Shown here piece by piece: positions 19,864-30,016 of a stretch of 47,086 nucleotides of DNA (within the stretch, counting starts at the first letter, position 1; every line of letters begins with the position of its first letter). The translations under genes and the position numbers were made by a program. Source of the stretch: a phage; NCBI GenBank assembly GCA_020364185.1, contig GCA_020364185.1_4846.1; one strand, 5' to 3'. The notes below the pieces were generated by a model. That model was not told where the DNA came from and ran no database searches. It saw only the letters and a program-made list of their open reading frames with translations.

Positions 19864-20127
19864 ATGGAAATGCGATGGATTGATGTAAACGACGAATTGC
19901 CAGAATCGAAAGACGACTCCGTATTGGTATGCTCTGTTGATGGAAGCAAATACGATGAGAATGGTTTCCCGGAGGGCGGCATTGATATGGTTCATATCCA
20001 AGACTATTTTGATGATATTACTGCTGGTCTTGATGAAAACGGCAATCAGCTTTATACGAAGCGTTACATCGAAATGGGGATAACACATTGGATGTATCTT
20101 CCTGAGTTGCCAGTTTCTGTGAAGTGA
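19864..20127 (+). CDS. DUF551-like small protein
   Basis: 87 aa from ATG 19864 (GAGGTGA RBS); WIDVNDELPE ... VLVC ... THWMYLPELP pattern. Confidence 0.5.
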   Translation: MEMRWIDVNDELPESKDDSVLVCSVDGSKYDENGFPEGGIDMVHIQDYFDDITAGLDENGNQLYTKRYIEMGITHWMYLPELPVSVK

Positions 20128-20149
20128 TAATAAATATTGAGGTGATGAA

Positions 20150-20410
20150 ATGTTTGATATTGATAACCCAAGTGATGACAAAGCCAAGCTGATTGATGCG
20201 GTCGCTTGCAGTTTCGCATCTTGCCAGACAGAAGGTGAATATCAGGTTGTAAAAATGTGCATTGTTGAGTTCTTCTCAGCAATCAACATTCCTGATGATG
20301 AGGCTGTTGATATTCTGCTTAGTGCCGCTGGTAATTGCGCTGAGGCGGACGAATGCATTGATGAACTCGTTGAAGAGTTTGGCGGCATTTTTCAGGGTGA
20401 TGAGGAATAA
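20150..20410 (+). CDS. highly acidic small protein (candidate DNA mimic)
   Basis: 86 aa with about 22 Asp/Glu and 3 Lys; ATG 20150 preceded by GAGGTGATG. Confidence 0.5.
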   Translation: MFDIDNPSDDKAKLIDAVACSFASCQTEGEYQVVKMCIVEFFSAINIPDDEAVDILLSAAGNCAEADECIDELVEEFGGIFQGDEE

Positions 20411-20413
20411 ACA

Positions 20414-21223
20414 ATGAAAACACTAAGCAAAATCTATTCAGACAAAGAAACGCGCAACGGCATCGCTGTGAACAAAACCTATCTCGTGCCAGTTGAACAA
20501 ATCTATCTTGAGCCTGGATACAACATCCGTGAAGCAGATGAGCAGCACGTTGAATATTTCGCGCAGTGCTGGGAATCAGGTCAGCCATTGCCAGCGCTAA
20601 CAGTTATTCCTGATGAGAAAGGAATCCGCATTCTTGATGGTCAGCATCGTTATCTCGGTGCATTGCGTGCCATTGAGCGTGGAGCGCCAATCGTTCGCAT
20701 TGAGTGTAAGGACTTCACTGGCGATGAGGCTGACAAAATTGCTTTCATGGTGTCATCTAGCCAGGGTAAGCAGCTTGACCCGTTTGAACGTGCAAAGGCA
20801 TATACCAGACTGAAAGGCTTTGGCTGGACTAACGAAGAAATCGCCAAGAAGGTAGGCCGCTCAGTATCCGATGTGCAGATGCACCTGTCATTGGGTGATG
20901 TGCCAGCGGAAGTTAAAGCGCGAATCAATGCCGGGCAAATCAGTTATGCAAATGCCGTTGCGGTAACGCGTGAGCATGGCGATGATGCGGTTAAAGTTAT
21001 CGACGAGGCAGTGGAAGAAGCCAAAGCGCAAGGCAAAGATAAAGTCACGGCAAAAGTGCTTAAGTCGAAAAAGGTTAAGCCGGTTGACCGTCTTATTGAG
21101 TTACTCAAACTAGCAGACCATGTGATTCTTCCCGCTGGTCATGTAGTGGCAGAGGATGAGGAATTTATTCAGATTCCTGTTGCTGATATTCACGAGGTTA
21201 TGGCAATTCTGGAGAAGATGTGA
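20414..21223 (+). CDS. ParB-like nuclease domain protein with HTH
   Basis: 269 aa; ParB N-terminal domain signature IRILDGQHRYLGALRA and a central helix-turn-helix-like segment (TNEEIAKKVGRSVSDVQMHL). Confidence 0.7.
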   Translation: MKTLSKIYSDKETRNGIAVNKTYLVPVEQIYLEPGYNIREADEQHVEYFAQCWESGQPLPALTVIPDEKGIRILDGQHRYLGALRAIERGAPIVRIECKDFTGDEADKIAFMVSSSQGKQLDPFERAKAYTRLKGFGWTNEEIAKKVGRSVSDVQMHLSLGDVPAEVKARINAGQISYANAVAVTREHGDDAVKVIDEAVEEAKAQGKDKVTAKVLKSKKVKPVDRLIELLKLADHVILPAGHVVAEDEEFIQIPVADIHEVMAILEKM

Positions 21224-21426
21224 TGAATGAGCGTGATGACAAGTTAATTGCAGGATGGGGCGACCCACTACTGTCTAAGAAGGTTCACTATTTCCGCGAC
21301 GGGAAAATTATCAGTGAATGTGGTAAGTGGATGTTTGGCGGAGGAAGAGAAGATATATCAGCATGGAAGCCTGATGCAATATGCAAACAATGCCTAAGGA
21401 AATTTGAGAAGATGGAGAAGATTTGA
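21220..21426 (+). CDS. hypothetical protein (possible Cys-rich Zn-binding)
   Basis: 68 aa; ATGA overlap with ParB-like gene; Cys spacing ...ECGKW...CKQC. Confidence 0.4.
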   Translation: MMNERDDKLIAGWGDPLLSKKVHYFRDGKIISECGKWMFGGGREDISAWKPDAICKQCLRKFEKMEKI

Positions 21427-21599
21427 TGACGCCAGAACAATTCATCGAAAAACACCTCCGCGTAAAGCTGCCTGACATAGACCAGATGGCAATTGATGCG
21501 GCAATCCAGTATTACAAGCGCAATCAGAGCGCAAAGAAGGGTGGCATTTTTGAAGAATGCCTTAAGGTTGCAAAACAGCACATGATTAAGGTGAAGTGA
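21426..21599 (+). CDS. hypothetical protein (57 aa), translationally coupled
   Basis: hand-translated MTPEQFIEKHLRVKLPDIDQMAIDAAIQYYKRNQSAKKGGIFEECLKVAKQHMIKVK; start codon shares a base with the upstream stop (TGATG at 21424-21428) and its stop TGATG-overlaps the downstream ATG (21597-21601). Confidence 0.3.
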   Translation: MTPEQFIEKHLRVKLPDIDQMAIDAAIQYYKRNQSAKKGGIFEECLKVAKQHMIKVK

Positions 21600-22138
21600 T
21601 GAAACTAAAAATCAGCAAATTATTACTTGAATCAGCATTAATATTTCAGGCGCGCAATGATGTGCGTTACTACCTGAATGGTATCTGCTTCATGCCTGAT
21701 GGCCGCATTGCCTCAACTGACGGTCATCGCGCATTTATTGGTGGCAGCCATGACAACGAGATTGCTGAAAATATAATTGTAAAGGTAAGCAAGTCTCCGA
21801 CAAAGAAATATAACCATGCGATCATCGATACAAAATCTGGAATCGTTACTTATCATTTCGGTCATATAGACACAATGGTTGGTGCTGGTATCTGCGAAGA
21901 GATTGACGGAAGATTCCCTGATATTGATCGCGTGATACCAAAGGAAACGAAAGCAGCAGAGGAAATTGGCTTCAATGCTGGCTATCTGGTTGATATTGAG
22001 AAAGTGGCGAAGCTGTTTAATCCTAAGTTCTGTGGAGTAAAATTTGAACTGAATGGGAACACAAATGCTGCAGTTTGCTGTCTTAGTGCGCCATCTGGCG
22101 AGGCTGCGAAGATTGTTGTTATGCCGATGCGTCTGTAG
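21599..22138 (+). CDS. truncated DNA polymerase III beta sliding-clamp (DnaN) homologue lacking domain I and the middle of domain III
   Basis: 179 aa; colinear matches to E. coli DnaN C-terminal two thirds: NDVRYYLNGICF, STDGHRAF, IDGRFPDIDRVIPK, KFCGVKF and terminal IVVMPMRL (host protein ends YVVMPMRL, from memory). Confidence 0.65.
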   Translation: MKLKISKLLLESALIFQARNDVRYYLNGICFMPDGRIASTDGHRAFIGGSHDNEIAENIIVKVSKSPTKKYNHAIIDTKSGIVTYHFGHIDTMVGAGICEEIDGRFPDIDRVIPKETKAAEEIGFNAGYLVDIEKVAKLFNPKFCGVKFELNGNTNAAVCCLSAPSGEAAKIVVMPMRL

Positions 22139-22143
22139 CAATA

Positions 22144-22172
22144 AAAAGCCCCTTCACGGGGCTTTGTTTTTA
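22144..22172. terminator. bidirectional intrinsic terminator
   Basis: AAGCCCC-ttcac-GGGGCTT stem-loop followed by TGTTTTTAT; between plus operon end (22138) and minus gene end (22173). Confidence 0.65.
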
Positions 22173-23021
22173 TCACGCCAGATAAGTATCATCCTCAAAC
22201 CACGAGACATACGCATTGATATTCTGCGTCGAAGTATCCAGTGATGTTATGCGAAGCAGATACGTCGTATTTGGTGCCATGATAATTTGCTCGCCGAGTT
22301 TCGCCTGCGAGTTACCCTGCCCTTGATTCGATGCGTTACCCTCGCTATATGTTGCTGCGACCGTAAGCTGCCCGATGTTTGTCACAGTAGCGCCAGTAAG
22401 TAGCTGCGCTGTAGCTGCCTGCGGCGTTATGTCGTTTGGGTTGTTAATCTCTGCCGCCGTACCTCCGGTGACAACTGCGCCGCGATAGATTGACGCAATA
22501 ACACCTTTCCCTGTATAACCAATGATGCGCTGGTTGAATATCACCTGTTTTGTTCCGGTGATAAAGATGCTGTCAAGGTTTGAGCCACCTGCAACATCAG
22601 TTACTCTGCGCGACGCGGTGAATAGCTTTCCTTGCTTGTTGGCGCGCTCAATATATGATTGCGTGGTTATATCGCTTAGCGCCACATCAGGATGAAGGTT
22701 TACTACCGATTGCGGAGACACACCAGCGCGCCACACCGAAACGCGCAGCGAGTTTACTGCGGCTGGCAATTCCGTTTTGATTATCTTCAGGCGCAGCGCT
22801 ACGCCGTAATAATTATTATTGTTGACGTCAATCCAGTAGTTGCCAGATTCAAATGGCGACACCTTCACGGACACGGTTCCGCTAACCAATGGCGTGTATG
22901 CACCAGATGAATCAAGTGGCATCACGTTAACCTGCAGCGCCGTCCAGTCAGCAGACATCAGTTCATCAAGCATCACCTCGCCGTCATCCCGCGTGGTGAA
23001 TATGTCGTATCTTACAGCCAT
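22173..23021 (-). CDS. putative virion structural protein (Ser/Thr/Asn/Gly-rich)
   Basis: 282-aa ORF downstream of capsid gene block, flanked by terminators; composition typical of beta-rich structural proteins. Confidence 0.4.
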   Translation of the reverse strand: MAVRYDIFTTRDDGEVMLDELMSADWTALQVNVMPLDSSGAYTPLVSGTVSVKVSPFESGNYWIDVNNNNYYGVALRLKIIKTELPAAVNSLRVSVWRAGVSPQSVVNLHPDVALSDITTQSYIERANKQGKLFTASRRVTDVAGGSNLDSIFITGTKQVIFNQRIIGYTGKGVIASIYRGAVVTGGTAAEINNPNDITPQAATAQLLTGATVTNIGQLTVAATYSEGNASNQGQGNSQAKLGEQIIMAPNTTYLLRITSLDTSTQNINAYVSWFEDDTYLA

Positions 23022-23030
23022 AGAACCCCC

Positions 23031-23056
23031 AATAAAAAACCCGCATAATGCGGGTT
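23031..23056 (-). terminator. intrinsic terminator / attenuator directly upstream of the 282-aa gene RBS
   Basis: 8-bp stem AACCCGCA-taa-TGCGGGTT followed on minus strand by UUUUAUU. Confidence 0.5.
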
Positions 23057-23060
23057 CAGT

Positions 23061-23258
23061 TTACTCTGTTTTCTTTTTCTTTGTCGTCTTTTGTTGTGGT
23101 GTTGCGACTTCGAAAGACTTTTCCAGCTCTGGCATGATGCGCAGCTTTGGTAGCAGATGCTCGTCTGGTTCGGTAATCACCTCGCCAAGCTGCAACTCAC
23201 GAATCTTGCCTTTCTCTTTAACAAAGATTCCGCGAGCGATGACTTCGTATTTAGCCAT
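23061..23258 (-). CDS. hypothetical small protein
   Basis: 65-aa ORF with Lys-rich C-terminus, GAGGTG RBS before ATG at 23258. Confidence 0.35.
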   Translation of the reverse strand: MAKYEVIARGIFVKEKGKIRELQLGEVITEPDEHLLPKLRIMPELEKSFEVATPQQKTTKKKKTE

Positions 23259-23279
23259 TATTCACCTCAAATTCATAAA

Positions 23280-23298
23280 GGGGCTTTCGCCCCTTTTT
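23280..23298. terminator. GC stem-loop with T-run immediately 3' of capsid gene
   Basis: GGGGC-tttc-GCCCC followed by TTTTT on plus strand; on minus strand lies just after the capsid stop codon. Confidence 0.45.
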
Positions 23299-23299
23299 A

Positions 23300-24370
23300 T
23301 TACTGCGGAGTTTGCGTACCGTAGCCGTTGAACACTTTGGACTTGCCAGTAAAATCCTTACGTACCTGGAGGCCAAAAGCAGACCATACCATAAAGTTAA
23401 AGTTATCGTGCGGATTGTCACGGGCTGCCGCGTAGGTGGAAACAGGCTGAGCAACACGCGGTCGGATGTACATGTCGTTGCGAACGTAGCCAACGAAATG
23501 GTTACCAGTCAGCAGGAAGTTGGTGCCAATCTTGCCGATGCGACCATTACCAAACTGCGTGATGTACTGCTCAACTGTGCCACCTTTGAAGCCTGCCGCA
23601 TCAGAATACGGACGCATGAAGCTGCGACGTACTGCCGGGGAAACCCACAGAGTCACCTGCTCAAATACGTTCTGCGCATCAAGAATAGCCTGGAAATCCT
23701 GATTGAAGAATGTCACGATTTCATCTGGCGTTGCAGTTTGCAGGTCGATATTCAGACCACCGGAAGCATTCAGGTTAACCTGAACAGTGTTTGGGTGGTT
23801 GGTGATACCGTAGCCAGTGTAAACGCCGTTCACGTTCAGAGTCTGGTCGCCAGTCAGCAGGTACTGAGCCATGTCGGAACGCAGGTTAAAGGTGACGTTA
23901 GCCTGATCGTCCAGCAGTGGGTCAAAACCTTCAGACTGCATACCCAGCAGTTCGCGCCATTCGCGGCTGTAGCCAGTTTTGAAGATTGGAATCACATCGC
24001 CAGTGTAATCGTAGCGAGTTTTATCCAAATCTTCCGGCTCCTGACCAGACAGAGTGCGGACGACCTTGCCAGCATCGGAAGCAATGCGGCTGATTGCCAC
24101 AGTCTTACCAATGTTGATGTTTGCCGCGATACCCATCAGGTCAGCCATCATGTCCTGACCAGCTTCGTTACGAAAAACTCGGGTGGTGACGTTGTCCACG
24201 TCGCGCCAGTAATCTTTCGTTACCAGAGCGGTGGCGTTAACGCCATAAGTTTTCGCCAGTTCAGCTTCTGCATTGCAGAACACCTTGCGGTCGATGGTGA
24301 GATGTTTCCACTGGTCAGCCACTACTGCGGAGTTAGCTACCAGGTCTTTGGTAAAAATAATCTTTTCCAT
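23300..24370 (-). CDS. major capsid protein (putative)
   Basis: 356-aa ORF following scaffold-like and decoration-like genes and followed by a stem-loop; assignment by size and position only. Confidence 0.55.
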   Translation of the reverse strand: MEKIIFTKDLVANSAVVADQWKHLTIDRKVFCNAEAELAKTYGVNATALVTKDYWRDVDNVTTRVFRNEAGQDMMADLMGIAANINIGKTVAISRIASDAGKVVRTLSGQEPEDLDKTRYDYTGDVIPIFKTGYSREWRELLGMQSEGFDPLLDDQANVTFNLRSDMAQYLLTGDQTLNVNGVYTGYGITNHPNTVQVNLNASGGLNIDLQTATPDEIVTFFNQDFQAILDAQNVFEQVTLWVSPAVRRSFMRPYSDAAGFKGGTVEQYITQFGNGRIGKIGTNFLLTGNHFVGYVRNDMYIRPRVAQPVSTYAAARDNPHDNFNFMVWSAFGLQVRKDFTGKSKVFNGYGTQTPQ

Positions 24371-24372
24371 TA

Positions 24373-26126
<1,754 letters not shown>

Positions 26127-26462
26127 CGCGTAGCTCCACGGTTAGTTTGTGGTCGAATTATAACACAGGGAGATATAGCACCATGAGGCGGTAGCCAGTG
26201 CAAATAATGGCGAATCAGTGAGCGCGTATAGCGTGAGAAAGTAAGTGATAGGGATTATGTTCATGGGCCACCTCCTGCTTAAATGATAGCAGCCCATGAT
26301 GAACAAAAGATATACAGTGTTAGTCTGAAATCACATCATCCATGAATGCGAGTGCGGCACCTGAAAGACAAAACAGAGCGCCATAGCAAATCATCTGGTA
26401 CAGAGTATCAGCCTCAAATACCCTCGCGAATGCGTAGGCTGATAATATCCACAGCAATGGAA

Positions 26463-26651
26463 TCATGGTCTACCCCTGTTTTCTTTGTAGAGTGCATCGC
26501 AGATTTTTTGATACTCCCTCTGAAACCAGTCTATGTTCCTGTTGTAATCACTGCCTATTGCCTCAATCTTCTTTGTCGCCATTGCACTTGCTGCATTAAT
26601 CAATGCAACCTGAACCTCAACAGGAAGCTCTGGAAATTTTGGGGTGTTCAT
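26463..26651 (-). CDS. hypothetical protein
   Basis: 62-aa ORF in minus-strand small-gene block, overlapping stop/start with neighbour. Confidence 0.3.
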   Translation of the reverse strand: MNTPKFPELPVEVQVALINAASAMATKKIEAIGSDYNRNIDWFQREYQKICDALYKENRGRP

Positions 26652-26974
26652 AACCCAGCCTCCTGTTTTGCGCGATGCACGTATGACATAAACTTGCCAA
26701 TAGGCATTTCCTTGCGTATTTGCGCCAGAATCGCCCCGTGAAGCACCCTTTCCTCACCAAAATACAGCTTATCGAGTCGCGTTTTGATGAGTGCTCGCGT
26801 GCGCTTCATGTGGTCGCGTGCTTTAAGTGCTTTCTCATGCCAGACGCGATCATTCTTCTTATCCGCATATTGCAGTTGGCGCTCAACGGTTTCGATTTCA
26901 AACGCCAGTTGCATGTCATAATCTTCAAGCTGAATGATGTCCGCTTTCATAATGTCGTTTAACTGGATAATCAT
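26648..26974 (-). CDS. hypothetical protein
   Basis: 108-aa ORF, ATGA overlap with neighbours. Confidence 0.4.
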   Translation of the reverse strand: MIIQLNDIMKADIIQLEDYDMQLAFEIETVERQLQYADKKNDRVWHEKALKARDHMKRTRALIKTRLDKLYFGEERVLHGAILAQIRKEMPIGKFMSYVHRAKQEAGL

Positions 26975-27222
26975 TTTTTCACCTTTAAGTTGTGTTTTGT
27001 TAATTCATCAATGACATCATTTTGATCGCACAGCAGCAAATGCATATTGCTTAGGTCAACCTCAATTGCTGCACGGGATGCCTGCCACGCCATCCATGCG
27101 AGATTTGTTTGATGGCATTTGTACTGCTGGTCATCCCATTCAGTCATTGGATATTCCGTGCGCCATAAATCAAATCCTGTTTCTTCCTTAATCCACTTTT
27201 CAAACTGCTCTCTACTCGTCAT
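26971..27222 (-). CDS. hypothetical protein
   Basis: 83-aa ORF, overlapping stop/start coupling. Confidence 0.4.
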   Translation of the reverse strand: MTSREQFEKWIKEETGFDLWRTEYPMTEWDDQQYKCHQTNLAWMAWQASRAAIEVDLSNMHLLLCDQNDVIDELTKHNLKVKK

Positions 27223-27445
27223 CTTCTAAATCCTCATCATCTCCTTCTAAATTTACAGTCCATCCATACTCGTCACACCACATGCAAGTATAATGAATGT
27301 AAGGCCATCCTCCGCTGCTAACCCACTCGTGGTCACACTCAACTTCCTCCACTATCCAGCCCATCTTTCTACGGTTATTGGCAATAAACTCATCCGATGT
27401 TTCAAACAGAGTTCTGCCGGATTTGTGCTTAATAGCCCATCTCAT
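27212..27445 (-). CDS. hypothetical protein with acidic C-terminus
   Basis: 77-aa ORF ending ...EGDDEDLEDDE. Confidence 0.4.
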   Translation of the reverse strand: MRWAIKHKSGRTLFETSDEFIANNRRKMGWIVEEVECDHEWVSSGGWPYIHYTCMWCDEYGWTVNLEGDDEDLEDDE

Positions 27446-27570
27446 TTAGTACGTCCTCAGCAAGTTTGCGGAACATAATTTGCACTCTTGCCACCTTTCG
27501 CCACTCCGCCTCGGTGAGAATCACATCCTCCCGTTGCGGCATTCCTGACATTTCGCATGGTGGTAGCGGT

Positions 27571-28059
27571 TCATACTCTTGCTTCTTGCGTTTGGCTTTT
27601 CCCATGCTGACCTCTTGCGCTGCGAAGGAGTGAATTAAACAGTTTGCTCACGTTTACTTCCTGCTCCTGCCATGAGTAACGCCATAGCTTCTTGTGGTGG
27701 TCATAGCTTCGCGTCGCATCGCCGTTATGAAACATGATGCGGATGCGGCTTTTCACGATGCGGTAATCCAATCCAGTGGCTGCGCTAATTTCTTTCACCT
27801 CTGCGCCAGCGTTATCAATCAGGTGACACTTGATTGCATCATCAATTCCTGCAGAATCATCGGAGATGAAATACTTGTACTGCCACTTGCCGCCGCGAAT
27901 CACCGACTTCTCTCGGCGAATGAAGCCAAGAGCAAGCATCTCATGCAAACGATGCGTTGTGGTGCTTGAATGCTTACCGCCGCAATGCTTTTCAATATAT
28001 GCACGCGTTGCTCCGGGATGGTTGAGAATCACGCGCATGATTTGCGATTTATAGTCCAT
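27571..28059 (-). CDS. putative DNA-binding protein; start uncertain
   Basis: ORF downstream of HNH gene; basic helical N-terminal region; start at ATG 28059 chosen to avoid long overlap with HNH gene. Confidence 0.35.
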   Translation of the reverse strand: MDYKSQIMRVILNHPGATRAYIEKHCGGKHSSTTTHRLHEMLALGFIRREKSVIRGGKWQYKYFISDDSAGIDDAIKCHLIDNAGAEVKEISAATGLDYRIVKSRIRIMFHNGDATRSYDHHKKLWRYSWQEQEVNVSKLFNSLLRSARGQHGKSQTQEARV

Positions 28060-28570
28060 AATCGCGCTCCGCTGCTGCCTGATTGAAGTCGTCGGCGGTG
28101 TAGAGGTGTCCGTGATTCTGAAATTCACCTTGTATTTTGTTTCTGTATTCTATCAATGCATTAATTGCTTGTTCTTTTGTTTTAAAGTAACCAAGCGTCT
28201 TTCTCATACAGTCTGCACGCCATTTCATTCGCTTTTGTACAAACCTTACTCCTTTTGCTCCTGATTTATTTGAGGATGGCTGTGGCTTATTCCATTCATT
28301 TTGACTTCTTGTTGCCTTTCTCAGATTGCAAATTCTGTTGTCATCCTTTACACCGTTAATGTGATCTATTTCATGTTCAGGCCATTCACCGTAAACATAA
28401 AACCATGCCAATCTATGAGCCAATCTCTTTTTTCCTAGCAGCCTTATGTGTATATATCCACTGGATGTTTTTGTTCCGCATGCATTACCGTTCTTTCTCC
28501 TAAACTCACCTGTGTCCGTATTATAGTGAATTAACTGTAATACAGTATCGTGATTAAGATCGCATTTCAT
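28049..28570 (-). CDS. HNH homing endonuclease with AP2-like DNA-binding domain (paralogue of 17273-17764)
   Basis: KKRLAHRLAWFYVYGEWPEHEIDHINGVKDDNRICNLRKATRSQNEWN (HNH) and SGAKGVRFVQKRMKWRADCMRKTLGYFKTKEQA (AP2-like). Confidence 0.75.
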   Translation of the reverse strand: MKCDLNHDTVLQLIHYNTDTGEFRRKNGNACGTKTSSGYIHIRLLGKKRLAHRLAWFYVYGEWPEHEIDHINGVKDDNRICNLRKATRSQNEWNKPQPSSNKSGAKGVRFVQKRMKWRADCMRKTLGYFKTKEQAINALIEYRNKIQGEFQNHGHLYTADDFNQAAAERDYGL

Positions 28571-28806
28571 TAGTATTCACCCTCAAAATCACTATCTTTA
28601 TAAGTAAACCCCCCTCTTGTATTCCATGACTTCACCGCCGAATCTGCGTGAAGCCACTCATCAGTACCGCACCCGCACTGCGAACAAGCAACGTAATAGC
28701 CATGAATATTTTTGTCATTGTAAGCATCGTTGCAGCCACAGAATGGGCACTCCAGCAATCCTTCATCATTCATCATCGGCATATGTGGCGCTGTCATTTT
28801 AACCAT
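28570..28806 (-). CDS. Lar-family restriction alleviation-like protein
   Basis: 78 aa; LECPFCGC...HGYYVACSQCGCGTDEW...AVKSWNTRGG resembles the Zn-ribbon pattern recalled for Lar-type restriction alleviation proteins. Confidence 0.55.
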   Translation of the reverse strand: MVKMTAPHMPMMNDEGLLECPFCGCNDAYNDKNIHGYYVACSQCGCGTDEWLHADSAVKSWNTRGGFTYKDSDFEGEY

Positions 28807-29012
28807 TCTCCTAGGTTGTTAAATTTAGGCGTATCGCCAGACCAGTCGATAACATCCTTCTGCTGACTGCGCTTGCATTGCAGGCGGTTGCGCACCTCGC
28901 GAAGTTCGCACTCCAGCCATTCGCGTGTGCGCTCAACTTCATTCAGTCGCTGAATTAACGATTTTTCGTACAGTTCATCAGTTGTCATTGTGTGCTCCTC
29001 AAAATTTACCAA
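28794..29012 (-). CDS. hypothetical protein
   Basis: 72-aa ORF in minus-strand block. Confidence 0.35.
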   Translation of the reverse strand: MVNFEEHTMTTDELYEKSLIQRLNEVERTREWLECELREVRNRLQCKRSQQKDVIDWSGDTPKFNNLGEWLK

Positions 29013-29232
29013 CCGTTGCCATTCTCAGCAGTTCAGGAAGCACCCCGGTCGAGTAATCTACCCGCCCCTGATGATACCCTTCAAGGACCGCGTTTGTGAG
29101 ATGCGTAAGACACAGGTCAATGTCTTCAGCGCTTAATCCGCGAGCTTCAAGCATGGAGCGTAAATACTCACATCTTTCTGCTATTACTTTTTCTGCACTC
29201 ATTTCCACATCACCTTTTTCGTTGTGGTACAA
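28999..29232 (-). CDS. hypothetical protein
   Basis: 77-aa ORF, first gene downstream of divergent promoter region. Confidence 0.35.
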   Translation of the reverse strand: MYHNEKGDVEMSAEKVIAERCEYLRSMLEARGLSAEDIDLCLTHLTNAVLEGYHQGRVDYSTGVLPELLRMATVGKF

Positions 29233-29270
29233 TCTACGTCAATAAGTATTGACTAAATGATGTAGATTGG
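29229..29270. promoter_or_regulatory. divergent promoter/operator region carrying TTGACGTAGATT (minus) and TGATGTAGATT (plus)
   Basis: AATCTACGTCAA at 29231-29242 and TGATGTAGATTGGTCAA at 29258-29274 between divergently oriented ORFs. Confidence 0.45.
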
Positions 29271-29302
29271 TCAACAATAATTTTCGAGAAGGAGTAGTAA
29301 AT

Positions 29303-29512
29303 ATGCCAAGACCACGACGCGAGCCGATGGACATTATCACCAGCATTGTGGAGAAGCGGCAGCCGCTGACACTCCGTGATGTTCGCTACTTTGCCCGTTG
29401 CTATGTGGCGCTGGCTGATATGCCTAAAGATGAGATGTATGATTTGATTCGTGAGAATTTTAATGTTGATGAGTATAACCGCGTCACAATGCCGCGACGC
29501 GAAAATGATTAA
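29303..29512 (+). CDS. hypothetical protein
   Basis: 69 aa from ATG 29303 with AAGGAG RBS. Confidence 0.4.
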   Translation: MPRPRREPMDIITSIVEKRQPLTLRDVRYFARCYVALADMPKDEMYDLIRENFNVDEYNRVTMPRREND

Positions 29513-29524
29513 GTGGAGAAAGTG

Positions 29525-30016
29525 ATGAGTAATTGGGAATATCTGAAGGGTTGCGAGAAGGATTTTGATGGTCATAAAACGGCTTCCGTCGTAGTTAAGT
29601 CAGGACTCACAGGTATAATTTACTACCTGAGTCACTATTACGTAGGGAAAGTCAGCACCATCGAAGGTGCAGGAGATATCGTAATTGCTATTCGCATACC
29701 GGTGAGTGACGAACAAGACCTCAACGATTGCATTGGCGCGCCGGAAGCTGATGCAACAGAGCAACTCATCACCGAACGCGGCAACCGTTACGGCAAATTC
29801 AAAGACGGCGCCGCAATCATGCAGGAACTGAAATTTGTCATGCGCGAAGTTGACGGCTGGCACAACCTGACGCCAAGTCAGCGGGAAGCGCTCGACATGA
29901 TTCAGCACAAGATTGGTCGCATCCTGAATGGCGACCCGGCTTATGATGATAGCTGGAAGGATATTGCTGGCTATGCGACGTTAATTGTTAATGAACTGAA
30001 TGGAGAGATTAAATAA
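29525..30016 (+). CDS. hypothetical protein
   Basis: 163 aa from ATG 29525 (GGAG RBS). Confidence 0.45.
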   Translation: MSNWEYLKGCEKDFDGHKTASVVVKSGLTGIIYYLSHYYVGKVSTIEGAGDIVIAIRIPVSDEQDLNDCIGAPEADATEQLITERGNRYGKFKDGAAIMQELKFVMREVDGWHNLTPSQREALDMIQHKIGRILNGDPAYDDSWKDIAGYATLIVNELNGEIK

